Shown piece by piece: positions 8,122 to 18,110 of a DNA stretch of 44,836 bases. Position numbers and translations under genes: made by a program. The DNA is taken from the NCBI GenBank assembly GCA_001275005.1, contig JWZX01002735.1, positions 1 through 44,836 on the forward strand. The letters are read 5' to 3'. Below the pieces are notes generated by a model. That model saw only the letters and a program-made list of their open reading frames with translations, did not search any database and was not told the origin of the DNA. Source of the stretch: Chrysochromulina tobinii. Lineage: Eukaryota. How positions within the stretch are numbered: the first letter of the stretch is position 1; the number at the start of each line of letters is the position of its first letter.

Positions 8122-10602
8122 ATGGCGACTTTCATGCTGGGTGCAATGCTCATGGCCACACCCTGCCCGTCGCCGAGCACACTGGAAGAGCGCCTAACGC
8201 TCGAGCCCTCCGGTCAGGAGCTCCGCGCCATGCTCCGCGCGTGCGCCGCGCTGGCCGAGTCGCGGAGGGCTGTCATTGCCGCAGCAGAGGCCGTTCTTGC
8301 AGTCGGAGAGCAAACCGGCATGGCAGCAGCGGCCAAGGCCGTGCTTGCGACGGCTGCAGCGGCGCCACGGATCCCGTTGCCAGCCTCACTGTCCTCGCCG
8401 CCGCCCTCGCCGCCGCAGAGCTCCTCAGGACGCAGCAGCGGCGGCGGCGGCGGCGGCGATGTCAAGGGCGGCGGCAGCAGCAACCGGCGCAAGCTCACGA
8501 CCTGGCACGAGTCGGTCGAGGACCAGCAGGCGGCGCAGCTGGCGCAGGCCCGCGCAGTGGCGACACGGCGGCGCGCGCACAAACTTCAGACGCTCATCCC
8601 CGTGAGCCCTGCCGTCCCGGCCGACGCGCCACGCCGGTGGGAGGTCGAGTGTGAGCCGTTGCTCTACGGCCTAGGCCTGCCCGCGGTGCCGCGGTGCACG
8701 CCGCTGGCGCCATCGGCGGACGCTGCGCGGCCTATGGCCTGTGGGCGCGTGATGCGCGACCACTTCCTCGATGAGAACGAGCAGACGGCGCTCATCACCA
8801 CTGTTGAGCGAACGATGCGAGGTCTCTTCCACCAAGGTGCCCAGACCTCCTTCGCACCAGAAGCCAAGTCGGCCGCGCGGCACATGGGCGCGGCGGGGCA
8901 CGCGCTGTTTGCGAGCGTGCTGCAGCGCGTGCGGCGCACCCTCGAATCCGACTTTGGCGTCGCGCGCCTCTATTCGGCTGGCTCGCTCCTCACACGCATC
9001 TGGGCGGACGAGCGTGTACCGAGGGATGGCATGGACGTGGAGCCTGGACACAGGTACGACAATCCTCACGTCGACAAGGCGAACCGTGCGTCGTACGACT
9101 ACTCGGCATTGCTCTACCTGAACAGCCACTGCCATGCCGATCCCGGCGCGCCGCGCGCTTGCGACTACGACCGCCCGGAGCGGCCCGACTTTGACGGCGG
9201 CCGGTTCGTGTGGGTGGACGAGGGGTCGGACCTCGTGGTAGAGCCTCGAGCGGGTCGGCTGCTGACCTTTAGCGGAGGCACCGAGAACCTGCACCACGGC
9301 TCCAAGGTGCTCAACGGCACGCGGTATGTGCTCGGATTCTGGTTCACCTGCCACGCGGAGCTCGAGTACGAGGACGACGAGGATGTCGTCACGGAGCCGC
9401 TGCCGAAGTTGCCGCTGCCGCACGAGCCGCTGCCGCACGAGCCGCTGCCGCCCGCGTCCGACACCGCGCCGCCCGTACCGCCACGCCGGCGCCGTCCGAG
9501 CAGCGGCGCCGCGGCGCATGATCTGCCGCCGTCGGCGACGGTGCCGCCGCCAGTGCCAGCCCGCCGCCACCCTCCTGGGACTCGAGCCGGCGGCTCTGGC
9601 TCAGCCGGCGAGGTGTCATCTCGGAGGGCCGGGCACGGAGATGACATCTCGGAGGGCCGTGGATCGGAGATGCCATCTCCGAGGGCCGCCCATCCGGACG
9701 AGCCGGAATCAACGGGCATGACTGAGGCGCAGTGCATCGCCAACTCCCCCAACGCCCGAGCCGCAATCGCGCATCGCGAGGCACTACGCTCACCTGCCCA
9801 TACGGCTCTCGGAGCGGAGATTGACGCGAGCCACAACCCTCGGCCGGCGGAACGCGCGGCGGCAGGCGCACGCTCGGGGCCCGCCGCAGCCGCAACAGAC
9901 CCTTCGACGACGGCCGCGGCTGAGGCGTCAGAGCTCACGCCTGACGAAGCTGACGAAGCTGACGAAGCGGCGCGCCCGCCACGCTACGTGGACGGCCTCG
10001 ACCTGGAGGCTCGGCCACCGTCGGCGGCCGAAGACGGCGCTGTCGACCACCGGAGGCTCCCCCGACCGAGCGACGCGTGGCGCGGCTACGACCTGCCCGG
10101 CTTCCCAGATGGAACGCCGGCACCGTTTGAGGAAGGCTACGAGGGCGGCTACGGCCTCGACGACCAGGCGACGATGGAGGAGGCCATTGAGGCATACGCT
10201 GCGGCGCTCGAGCGCTACGACGCGGTGCATGGCCCCCCCATGGAGTCGGCTGAGGACGAGGCACGCCTCAAGCGCCAGAGGACCGCCGGCATGCCCTTCC
10301 ACCCTCTCTACCCGGAGAAGAGCCCGGGCGGCGAGGACGTGCATTCCAACGCAGAGGACGCATGGGATGCTATGGTCGCTCACGACGCCGCCAGACGCGC
10401 GCCAGCGTACGGCGAGCGGCGCAGCGTCAACGACGCGGGCGAAGAGCGACTGGGCGGCGGCTCCGCAGGTCGCCGCCGCGGTGGTGCGGCGGAGCGCACG
10501 GACTGCGGCTTCCCGGGCATCACCGAGGCGCAGTGCGTGCAAGAACGCGGTTGCCGATGGGACGATAGCCGAGTAGGCGTGCCGTGGTGCTTCGAGGCGT
10601 AG
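8122..10602 (+). CDS. Secreted/ER 2OG-Fe(II) oxygenase (OGFOD3/prolyl-hydroxylase-like) with C-terminal trefoil (P-type) domain
   Basis: Hydrophobic N-terminus [12 protein letters not shown]. Catalytic motifs: HxD in PHVDKAN followed by [33 protein letters not shown] and [11 protein letters not shown]. The C-terminal [31 protein letters not shown] is trefoil-like. Confidence 0.85.
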   Translation: MATFMLGAMLMATPCPSPSTLEERLTLEPSGQELRAMLRACAALAESRRAVIAAAEAVLAVGEQTGMAAAAKAVLATAAAAPRIPLPASLSSPPPSPPQSSSGRSSGGGGGGDVKGGGSSNRRKLTTWHESVEDQQAAQLAQARAVATRRRAHKLQTLIPVSPAVPADAPRRWEVECEPLLYGLGLPAVPRCTPLAPSADAARPMACGRVMRDHFLDENEQTALITTVERTMRGLFHQGAQTSFAPEAKSAARHMGAAGHALFASVLQRVRRTLESDFGVARLYSAGSLLTRIWADERVPRDGMDVEPGHRYDNPHVDKANRASYDYSALLYLNSHCHADPGAPRACDYDRPERPDFDGGRFVWVDEGSDLVVEPRAGRLLTFSGGTENLHHGSKVLNGTRYVLGFWFTCHAELEYEDDEDVVTEPLPKLPLPHEPLPHEPLPPASDTAPPVPPRRRRPSSGAAAHDLPPSATVPPPVPARRHPPGTRAGGSGSAGEVSSRRAGHGDDISEGRGSEMPSPRAAHPDEPESTGMTEAQCIANSPNARAAIAHREALRSPAHTALGAEIDASHNPRPAERAAAGARSGPAAAATDPSTTAAAEASELTPDEADEADEAARPPRYVDGLDLEARPPSAAEDGAVDHRRLPRPSDAWRGYDLPGFPDGTPAPFEEGYEGGYGLDDQATMEEAIEAYAAALERYDAVHGPPMESAEDEARLKRQRTAGMPFHPLYPEKSPGGEDVHSNAEDAWDAMVAHDAARRAPAYGERRSVNDAGEERLGGGSAGRRRGGAAERTDCGFPGITEAQCVQERGCRWDDSRVGVPWCFEA

Positions 10603-11201
10603 GCGGCCTGCGCGCCTCGCAAGGATTCTTTATGTTCTAATTTTGATAAGTCATGTCAAGCGAGCGTCTGAAGATCCCCAACCCAAGCCCCATCCCCCAA
10701 GCGGCCAAGGATCCGCAGACCGACCGGCCCGTGTACCCCCACGCCCCAGCCCAGCCCCCGGAACGCGAACGGTTGCAAAGTTCTGTCAAAGAAGGTGTTT
10801 GTTGACAAATCAGTTTCGGGCGGGACTAAACGAAAAAGGACTAAACTCAAAACTGTTTTGTCCAGACATGCTTTGTCAGATCCCCATGAACCACTCACAA
10901 CAAGTACACATGCCCGCTTCGATGACGCGTATGAGCGCGCGGGGCACGACTGGCTGTCGTTCCGTTGCGTGTACGGCGGGGGCCTTTCAGGAGGGGGGCT
11001 TGTAATGAATGTGGCTATTTGAATCGCTTCAAATCGCAAGCTAAAAATAACGCGCACGTTTCCTGCCTTTTGTGACGTGACATCGCGTCAGATCGGGGGA
11101 GGTCGCGCTAAAAATATCGCTCTTCTTCATTGCCGCAACTCAACCGTCGTCCTGGAGTGCGGACACCTGGTGCTGGACCTCCATCTTCTGCCCGCCTGGC
11201 C

Positions 11202-11993
11202 ATGAAGTTTGGCAAGCTGTGCGAGGAAGCGTTCCGGAAGCTGGAAATCGATCTGCCTGCCTTCCCTTATAAGCAGGCCAAAAAGGAGTTGAAAGCTGCC
11301 GCCCTACAACCCTGCGGACTGGCCGCGCGAGTCGTTTTCTTCAACTTCCTCCGAAAGGAACTCATGCTCATCGATGCCAAATGGTCGTGCGCGGCACGCC
11401 AAACTGTGCAGGCTAAGGTTGCTCCTATCACTACCACATTCCTCACCACCGTCGGGTTGCGGCGGCGTCCGGGCGCTGAAGCAGCACGGAAGCTCAATGC
11501 GTGGGCGAGCCTCTCAAGGGACGGTGTACGCAAGATCGTGAAGAAGTACAACAAGCAACTTGGTCCGCGGTGCGGGCACGTTGCCGAGCCCCCCGGCACG
11601 CCGCCCCGGTTTGTCCGCTCTCGGCTGCGCACCGAACTGGAGATCCTCGCGCAGCAGGAGGAGGCCACGGAGGACGGGAACTCTACTGCGCTTGATTGCC
11701 CAGTCTGCTTGGAGACCCTCTTTGACCCGGTGGCCCCCGAGTGCGGGCATGCCTTGTGCCGCGAGTGCTTCCTGGCGCTCTGCCAAAGGTGTGACATCTT
11801 GCAATGTCCAATTTGCCGCCGGCCTGCCACTAATACACGGCGCATGCCAGCATGCGGAGCAATGGCCATGGCGGCGGATCCAGAGGCGCACGCCGCTCGG
11901 AAGCGTGCCGCAGAGCAAGAGGAGGGCGCGAAGCTGGCCAAGCAGTATGCGTACAGGATCCGGAACCACCCGATGTATGGCCCTCACGCGTAG
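11202..11993 (+). CDS. SPX-RING E3 ubiquitin ligase (NLA/BAH1-like)
   Basis: Starts MKFGK and has YKQAKK and RKIVKKYNK (SPX basic clusters). The C3HC4 RING is CPVCLETLFDPVAPECGHALCRECF...CPICR. Confidence 0.9.
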   Translation: MKFGKLCEEAFRKLEIDLPAFPYKQAKKELKAAALQPCGLAARVVFFNFLRKELMLIDAKWSCAARQTVQAKVAPITTTFLTTVGLRRRPGAEAARKLNAWASLSRDGVRKIVKKYNKQLGPRCGHVAEPPGTPPRFVRSRLRTELEILAQQEEATEDGNSTALDCPVCLETLFDPVAPECGHALCRECFLALCQRCDILQCPICRRPATNTRRMPACGAMAMAADPEAHAARKRAAEQEEGAKLAKQYAYRIRNHPMYGPHA

Positions 11994-12774
11994 CCCGATC
12001 TGGGTGGGCTCCACACACGGCGGCGCAGATCGGCGCATCGGCCCATGTGTGGTTCTCACGCAATGACCCTGCCAATCCCTGCCAACTAAGGCGAGGAGTA
12101 GGCAACGTAAGACAACACGTACGATCAACAATACTCTGTACAGCTAGACTAATAGTAAGGTACCATGGCGCATAGGTTACCATGAGTAAGTGTGGTGTCT
12201 GGTGAGACTGTGTACGGCGGGCGACGCGTGGACGATGTGGAATGTATCCGCGTTTGTCGTGTGTCGGGTGACTGGTGTGACCGGTCGGCTCGGCCCTCGG
12301 TGGTTGGGGTGTAGCCGAGCGGAGGGGCGCTGCATCGGGCGCTGGGGGGTCGGGCTCTCGGGGCCGTGTGGGATCCGGGGCGCCGCGCAGCAACGCCGGG
12401 GCCATGGCGGCCCCGGGCCCCCGGCCAAGCCGCGCGCGGGGCGCGGCCGGGAGGCGCGCACGGCAGGCGCGGGACGACGACCGATCGACCGGGATGCACA
12501 GGAACGTTGTAACGCCCGACCACTCTGACGGGACGTAAGTCGTTACTTTTGAGTTTTGTATTCCGTGATATAAATGTGTCTCGTGGGACGTGGCCGGGTC
12601 AAGGCTCAAGCGCGCACCGCCTCTCCATCTCCACACCACCACACTCCACAGAGTCGACGGTGCTGGCGCGGGCCAGGACCCAGGTGCCGCTGCCGGGGTA
12701 ACCGAGCTCATTCGAGGAGGCTGGCGCGCCTGCGTCCAGCTCGCGACGTCTTCAAATTCGATGTCACCGGTCGT

Positions 12775-14199
12775 CTACTTTAATGGACTTAGTGGCGAGG
12801 CATCGTTCGGCTCTACGTCGCTCGTATGCTCCGCGTCAGGCGAGTTCATGAGTTCGGAGAGCGAGAGCGACTCCTCGCACCCTCCGCTGAACGCACCGCG
12901 CGAGGGGAGGCGCACCCGCGTCGCCGAGGCCACCCAACAGAAGGCAGACACGGCAGGCAGACCGAAGAGGGGCCCGAAGACGAGAAATGTGGCGCTGTAG
13001 CCGCCGGCCTCGCCGAATCGGCTCACAAAGGTGGAGGCGATCACGGGAGCGGCGATGCCCGCGAGCGTCGCGAGCGTGTTGCTGTACGAGTACGCAGTGC
13101 CTGAGAGTTCACCGAAGGCGTCCAAGTATAACGCCTGCCATCCGGGCTGTGCGAGGCCGAGCGCGCCGGTCGCTCCAATGACCAGCACGACGGCGGTCGT
13201 CGCGTCGGTGACGCACCCCGCCGCAAAGAGCAAGAGGCCCGAGAGGCCGAGCCCCACTGCTGTGAAAGCCTTGCGCACGTGCGTGATGCTCACACGCCCC
13301 GAGTTGATGAGTGCATCCGCAATCGAAGCCGCACCGAAGGCGAGCAGCACGTTGGCCAAATAAGGAAGCGTGGTGCCGGCGGCAAGGGTTCCGGCGGATG
13401 CGTGGAGCGAGGTGGTGAGGAAGAGCGGCAGCTGCGTGAGCAGCCCGTAGTTGATAAAGTTGGCCGCACAATGGCAGCCGTAGAGCACGAGCAACGTTGG
13501 CTGAAACGCGAGCACGTGCCACGGTGCGGCCGTTTCCTTGCGACCTGAGGCCCTCCCGAAACCGAGTGCCACTGCGGCGGAGGTGGAGCCAGGGACGCGG
13601 TCAGGCACCAGCAGCAGCCATGCGGTGGCCCAGATGCTGCTCGCAGCCGACCACACGCCAAAGCAGCCGGCCAGGCCGTACGCCCTTCGCATCTGCTCGC
13701 TCACAAAGAAGCCGGAGGCCGTACCCGCAGCCACTCCGATGCTCATCGAGGAGGTGATCGCTCGCGAGCGGGTCGCTGGGGTCGTCCACTCGTGCAGCAG
13801 TTGATACGCGCAGGGGAAAGTGCACGCTTGCGCTACGCCGCACACGATTCGTGCGGAGACGACCAGCTCAGGAGTTGAGCTCACATACGGGATGAGTGCG
13901 TTGGCAGCCGATGCGATGAGCACGCCACCGGGCAGGATGGTGCGCGCGCCATGCCGCTGCGCGAGAAGTGAGCCCGGTATATTGCCAACCATGTAGCCGA
14001 TGAAGAAGGCGCTCAGAGACGTGCCCGTCCAGCCGTTTGGCCATGAGGATTGCATTTCATGCACGCCAACCGATAGATCCGTTCGCATGCCATACATGAG
14101 CGCGATGCACACGCCGAGCATGGCGACGATGAAGATGCGTTGTGCAGCGGATGGGCCACCTCGGCGCCCATGGTCTTCAACTAGGCACGGAAAGAGCAT
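12775..14199 (-). CDS. MFS anion:cation symporter (SLC17/PHT4-like phosphate or organic anion transporter)
   Basis: YGMRTDLSVG, LSAFFIGYMVGNIPG, RIVCGVAQACTFP, WTTPATRSR, LLTQLPLFL and SNTLATLAGIAAP are characteristic ACS-family motifs. ATG at 14199. Confidence 0.88.
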   Translation of the reverse strand: MLFPCLVEDHGRRGGPSAAQRIFIVAMLGVCIALMYGMRTDLSVGVHEMQSSWPNGWTGTSLSAFFIGYMVGNIPGSLLAQRHGARTILPGGVLIASAANALIPYVSSTPELVVSARIVCGVAQACTFPCAYQLLHEWTTPATRSRAITSSMSIGVAAGTASGFFVSEQMRRAYGLAGCFGVWSAASSIWATAWLLLVPDRVPGSTSAAVALGFGRASGRKETAAPWHVLAFQPTLLVLYGCHCAANFINYGLLTQLPLFLTTSLHASAGTLAAGTTLPYLANVLLAFGAASIADALINSGRVSITHVRKAFTAVGLGLSGLLLFAAGCVTDATTAVVLVIGATGALGLAQPGWQALYLDAFGELSGTAYSYSNTLATLAGIAAPVIASTFVSRFGEAGGYSATFLVFGPLFGLPAVSAFCWVASATRVRLPSRGAFSGGCEESLSLSELMNSPDAEHTSDVEPNDASPLSPLK

Positions 14200-14255
14200 G
14201 GTCACGCGCGCCCGGAAGACTTGGCTGGCGAAGTTTTGTCAAAGTTCGATTTGAA

Positions 14256-15850
14256 TCAGCATAAGCAGCATAAGCTGGAGCGGCTTAGTTTTTTCACAAT
14301 CTCCCAGAAGCCTTCTTCCCACTGCAGTAGACGCGAGCTGCTCCTTGGTGTCAGGCTCACGCCAGCCTCTTGCGCCAGTTGCGCTGACTTTGCCGGGCTG
14401 GGCACGATGCCGAGGTTGATCTCCAGTCTTTTGCCGCTGCTAGTCCATGGCATCGGCCACGATGAACTCGATGAAGCAGCGGGTTCTTCAGGCACGCTCT
14501 GAAGAACCCGCTGCTTCAAGAGACGACTGCTGCGAGCGAGAGCGAGAGTGAGTGAGTGAGTGAGCAAGTGAGTGTGAGCGAGTGAGAGCATTCGAGCGCG
14601 TGCACCTAGGACCTCCAACCCCCTCGACAGGCTTGCGGATAAAGGAATCCACGTTCTGCGCGAATTCACGCACGTCGCCATCGCGGCCGACATGGATAGA
14701 CACCCCGATGACGACGTGGCCTGAACTTGTCAGGTGCGACATAGTACCCAGCAGCTTGTCCTTCTTCACGACGTTTTTGTACACAGCCTCCCAGTCGATC
14801 GATCGCCCACCCCTGTCGAACTCGTTCAGCCAGTATGGAAATTTTGATGGCTGGGCAGCCAATCTGCGTGCATGAGACGCATGTGAGCGGGGAATGGGAT
14901 GGGGCACAGGTGCAGGGATAGCATCGGTACCCAATGACAACGAGCTGTAGCGATGGGTTCCGTGCGAGGGCTGCTCTGCAGTCATCAAGGCACTTTCGAA
15001 CGTGAGCAGGGCATGGGTAGCCACTGTCATATTCAGGATAACTGAACTCGTAGATCCGTAGTGGCCCTCGCGTGCACTGGCTCCGAAATGGACCTGAGAA
15101 CGGATGAGTTTCATATAGGACGCGCAAGGCATTGAACGTGCGTGGCGTGCCGTCGACGGGAAAATTGGCCTCTGCCCAGCCTGCCATGTCTAGGAGATTG
15201 AACGCAGTGGTTTCGCCGCGACGCAGGTGCCCGAGTGTCGTTTTGTTGACCCGCGCCTCGCCCGTCGGCCATCCACAAGCGGCGATGACGAAGAAGATAT
15301 CCACTTGCTTCACCTGCGACCCCTGCGACACATAGTTCGGCGGGTGCGACTCCTGCGGCTGCGGCTGGGGCTGCAGCTGCGACCCCTGCGAAACATAGTT
15401 CGGCGGGTGCGACTCCTGCGGCTGCGGCTGGGGCTGCAGCTGTGGCGGCGGCTGCGGCTGCGCCGGCACAGTCGTTTGGAGAGTATGCAAGTGATGGTGG
15501 ATATGAATCACAGTCGGGTTGCCAGATAGAAGAGTGGCCTTGCGCAGCTCTTCGAGCTCAAGACGGTTGCGTTCCCTTGCCTTTCGAGAAGTCTCTCTGT
15601 CTCGTGCTTTCTTGTCCTCTCGCAGCTTTTCGGCACGGTCGCTCTTGTCGGCTTTGAGTTTTTTCCACCAAGCCGCCTGGCTTTCTTTCTTGCTTTCTTT
15701 GCGTTTTTCCTTATGAGCAGCACTCGTGTAATCTACTTGTCCTACCCCTGGGTCCTTGAGCACCGCCTCATCATCCCCGAGATCTTGTAGTACTGCGAAT
15801 CTGTTGCCCGTCGTCAAAGGCATCGAGAGTCTTCTTCCCGAGGCATCCAT
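14256..15850 (-). CDS. Three-exon hypothetical protein (~483 aa); exons 15850-14931, 14863-14606, 14529-14256
   Basis: Two GT-AG introns (14930-14864, 67 nt; 14605-14530, 76 nt) have CTCAC branch-like motifs and pyrimidine tracts. Both are phase 2 and join three separate ORF-track frames into one open frame (..LVVIG/LAAQPSKF..VGGPS/SRLLKQ..). The N-terminus is a basic coiled coil. Confidence 0.7.
14472..14518. repeat. Perfect 20-bp inverted repeat with 7-nt spacer
   Basis: TGAAGCAGCGGGTTCTTCAG-gcacgct-CTGAAGAACCCGCTGCTTCA. Confidence 0.95.
15314..15440. repeat. 60-bp in-frame tandem duplication (QLQPQPQPQESHPPNYVSQGS x2)
   Basis: Near-identical units visible in both DNA and translation. Confidence 0.9.
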
Positions 15851-15913
15851 TTTGGTCGCGCGAGACGAAGCCGGATTAGGTTTGGTCTGGCCAGATATGG
15901 TAATTCTTCCCCA

Positions 15914-15982
15914 CCCCCGGTTTCGTCTGAATACCTTGTGTCCCGTGCGTGTCCCGGCTCCCCCCGGTTTCGTCTGAATACC
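15914..15982. repeat. 22-bp direct repeat pair in an intergenic/promoter region
   Basis: CCCCCGGTTTCGTCTGAATACC at 15914-15935 and 15961-15982. Confidence 0.9.
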
Positions 15983-16055
15983 GGGAGGGAAGCCTCAAAG
16001 ATTAACCACCAGCGTGAAATTAGTGCGACGTCGCCGAAACGATAGGAGTACGTCG

Positions 16056-17360
16056 ATGGGCAAGAAGGACGGCGAGGAGCTGACCAAGGAGGAGAAGGCA
16101 GCGAAGAAAGCCAAAAAGGAGGCCAAGCGCGCGCTGGAGGCGGCGGAGGAGGAGAAGGCGGCCAAGAAGGCCAAGGCGGATGAGGATGATACGCCCGCAA
16201 AGCTGAGCAAGGAGGAGAAGGCGGCCAAGAAGGCGGCCAAGGAGGCGAAGAAGGCGGCAAAAGAGGGCAAAGCTGAGCCCACCACGGAGGAGGAGAAACC
16301 GTCCAAGAAGGACAAGAAGGACAAGAAGAGCGATGCCGGAGATGACGAGTGGACGGCCAAGAAGGCCAAGAAGGAGGAGGTCGCGGCGGCGCCTGCGCCT
16401 GCACCCGAGAGCGACGGCGAGGTGCGCGTCTACGTGAGCAACCTGCCCTTCAAGATGACTGACGAGTGGATGCAGGAGGAGTTTGCCGCGTGTGGCAAGA
16501 TCACCAAGTTCGAGTGGCTCTCGCACTCGGATACGGGACGTTTCAAGGGGTCGGGCTTCCTCACTTTCGCCACCAAAGCTGAGGCGGACGCGGCGTGCGC
16601 GCTCAACGGCAAGGAGCTCGAGGGGCGCCCCATGAAAGTGGAGCTGGCCTCGCCGCGCAAGTCGGTCGTGCCGGGTGGCATCGCGGGCAGCGGCGACGTG
16701 GGTGAGCCGAGCGCCTCCATCTTCGTCGGCAACCTGTCGTGGAGCGTGACCGAGGAGATGCTGCGCGCCACGTTCAAGGACTGCGGCACCATCAACAACG
16801 TCAACATGGTCCAAAAGGACGGCGAGTTCCGCGGCTTCTGCTTCATCGGCTTCGATTCGATCGAGTCCGCAACCAAGGCCGTCGCGTACGCCGACGCCGA
16901 CTGCGCCGGCCGGCCGATGCGCATCAACTTCTCCAAGTCCTCCGGCAAGTCCTCGCCCGACAAGAAGCCGTTCGGCGACAAGGGGGGCGCCGCGTGGAAG
17001 GCGAAGCCGGGCGGCGAAGGCGGGCGCACCGAGCGGCCGTACAAGCCGCAGAATCCGAAGCCCGATGGCTGCCTCGAACTCTTCTGTGGCAACTTGCCCT
17101 GGACGATTGACGAGACCAAGATCACCGAATTCTTCGGGAAGGCGGGCGCCAAGGTTGCCTCCACGCGCTGGCTCAACGACAAGGAGACGGGCGAGTTCAA
17201 GGGCATCGGCTTCGTTGCGTTCGAGAGCACGGCCGACGTGGACAAGGCCGTCACCCTCGGCGGCGAGAATCTCGAAGGACGGCCTATCCGTCTTGACTAC
17301 GCTGGCCAGAAGAGCGACAAGCCCAAGGGCGCGTGGCAGGGCGGCGACAAGAGCTGGTGA
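16056..17360 (+). CDS. Nucleolin/NSR1-like RNA-binding protein with three RRMs
   Basis: Lys/Glu/Ala-rich N-terminus. RNP2/RNP1 pairs VYVSNL/KGSGFLTF, IFVGNL/RGFCFIGF and LFCGNL/KGIGFVAF; ends with GRPIRLDYA. ATG at 16056. Confidence 0.9.
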   Translation: MGKKDGEELTKEEKAAKKAKKEAKRALEAAEEEKAAKKAKADEDDTPAKLSKEEKAAKKAAKEAKKAAKEGKAEPTTEEEKPSKKDKKDKKSDAGDDEWTAKKAKKEEVAAAPAPAPESDGEVRVYVSNLPFKMTDEWMQEEFAACGKITKFEWLSHSDTGRFKGSGFLTFATKAEADAACALNGKELEGRPMKVELASPRKSVVPGGIAGSGDVGEPSASIFVGNLSWSVTEEMLRATFKDCGTINNVNMVQKDGEFRGFCFIGFDSIESATKAVAYADADCAGRPMRINFSKSSGKSSPDKKPFGDKGGAAWKAKPGGEGGRTERPYKPQNPKPDGCLELFCGNLPWTIDETKITEFFGKAGAKVASTRWLNDKETGEFKGIGFVAFESTADVDKAVTLGGENLEGRPIRLDYAGQKSDKPKGAWQGGDKSW

Positions 17361-18110
17361 GCCGCAGTGTGGGCGGCGCCCACGCATGCGCCGCGCACGC
17401 CGACCCCGTTGGCGCGATGCCGGCTCTCTTCGCCCCGGCCGGCGCGCCGGGGGGGGGCTGAACGGGCGGCGAAGCCGGAAGCGCGCCAGAACCACAGGAT
17501 GATCGTGTGTGCTGGATGACGTGAGTTCTGATCATAGAGTGAGGCGAAGATCGTGGATGTGATGCTGATGGGTCGTGCGGGGGTGGTCTATCTGCCCTCG
17601 TAGTCTCCTGGAGAGGGCCGGGCTGACGGCTGTGTAGCGGATGCTGATTGTACATGTGATTGTAATTTCGTTTGCGGGAGTTTGCTGTTTCCGTGTTTGC
17701 GTTCACGACTTCACGTCTGTCGTGTCTCCGGTTCTGCTCTTGCGTGGAGTTGCGTGAAAGAGTCTTACATTTCCTCTGACGATTTACGAGAACGGTCTAC
17801 ATCAATCAGTAGGTCCGGGAAATCGGTGCAAACCCTGTTCAGGGTTTCCCGGATCCTCTCCATCAATGTGCCTCCATGGCCCTGCGAGCAAGCCTCTCTC
17901 AGAGGAGTGAGGCGGCCCCCAGCCCACGGCCCGGCCGCTGCGCGTGGTTCAGAACGCAAGATCTCATGGAGGGCTCTCCCGATGGGACCAATCTGGTCGC
18001 GTTATGATTGGCTGGTGGCACTGCTCGAACACTCTGGGTCACCACCTGAGTGCCCAGCGCCCGGCGCCGCGTAGGCGTACCGCGCCTCGCGGCCATTCGA
18101 TAAACGTCCA

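Noticed and set aside
11830..12711. 293-aa minus-strand ORF
   Set aside because: Pro/Arg/Ala-rich, overlaps the SPX-RING gene end, has atypical codon usage and no motif.
14860..15060. Serine-resolvase-like pattern (DSG...R..L...LVV) in the orphan three-exon protein
   Set aside because: The catalytic YxRVS and DRLxR motifs are not present, so the resemblance is too weak to call.
16020..17495. 491-aa minus-strand ORF
   Set aside because: Antisense shadow of the nucleolin-like gene, caused by strong codon bias.
17815..17856. Nested short inverted repeats (TCCGGGAAA...TTTCCCGGA; AAACCCTG-tt-CAGGGTTT)
   Set aside because: The 8-9 bp arms lie between convergent genes and there is no supporting RNA-family motif.
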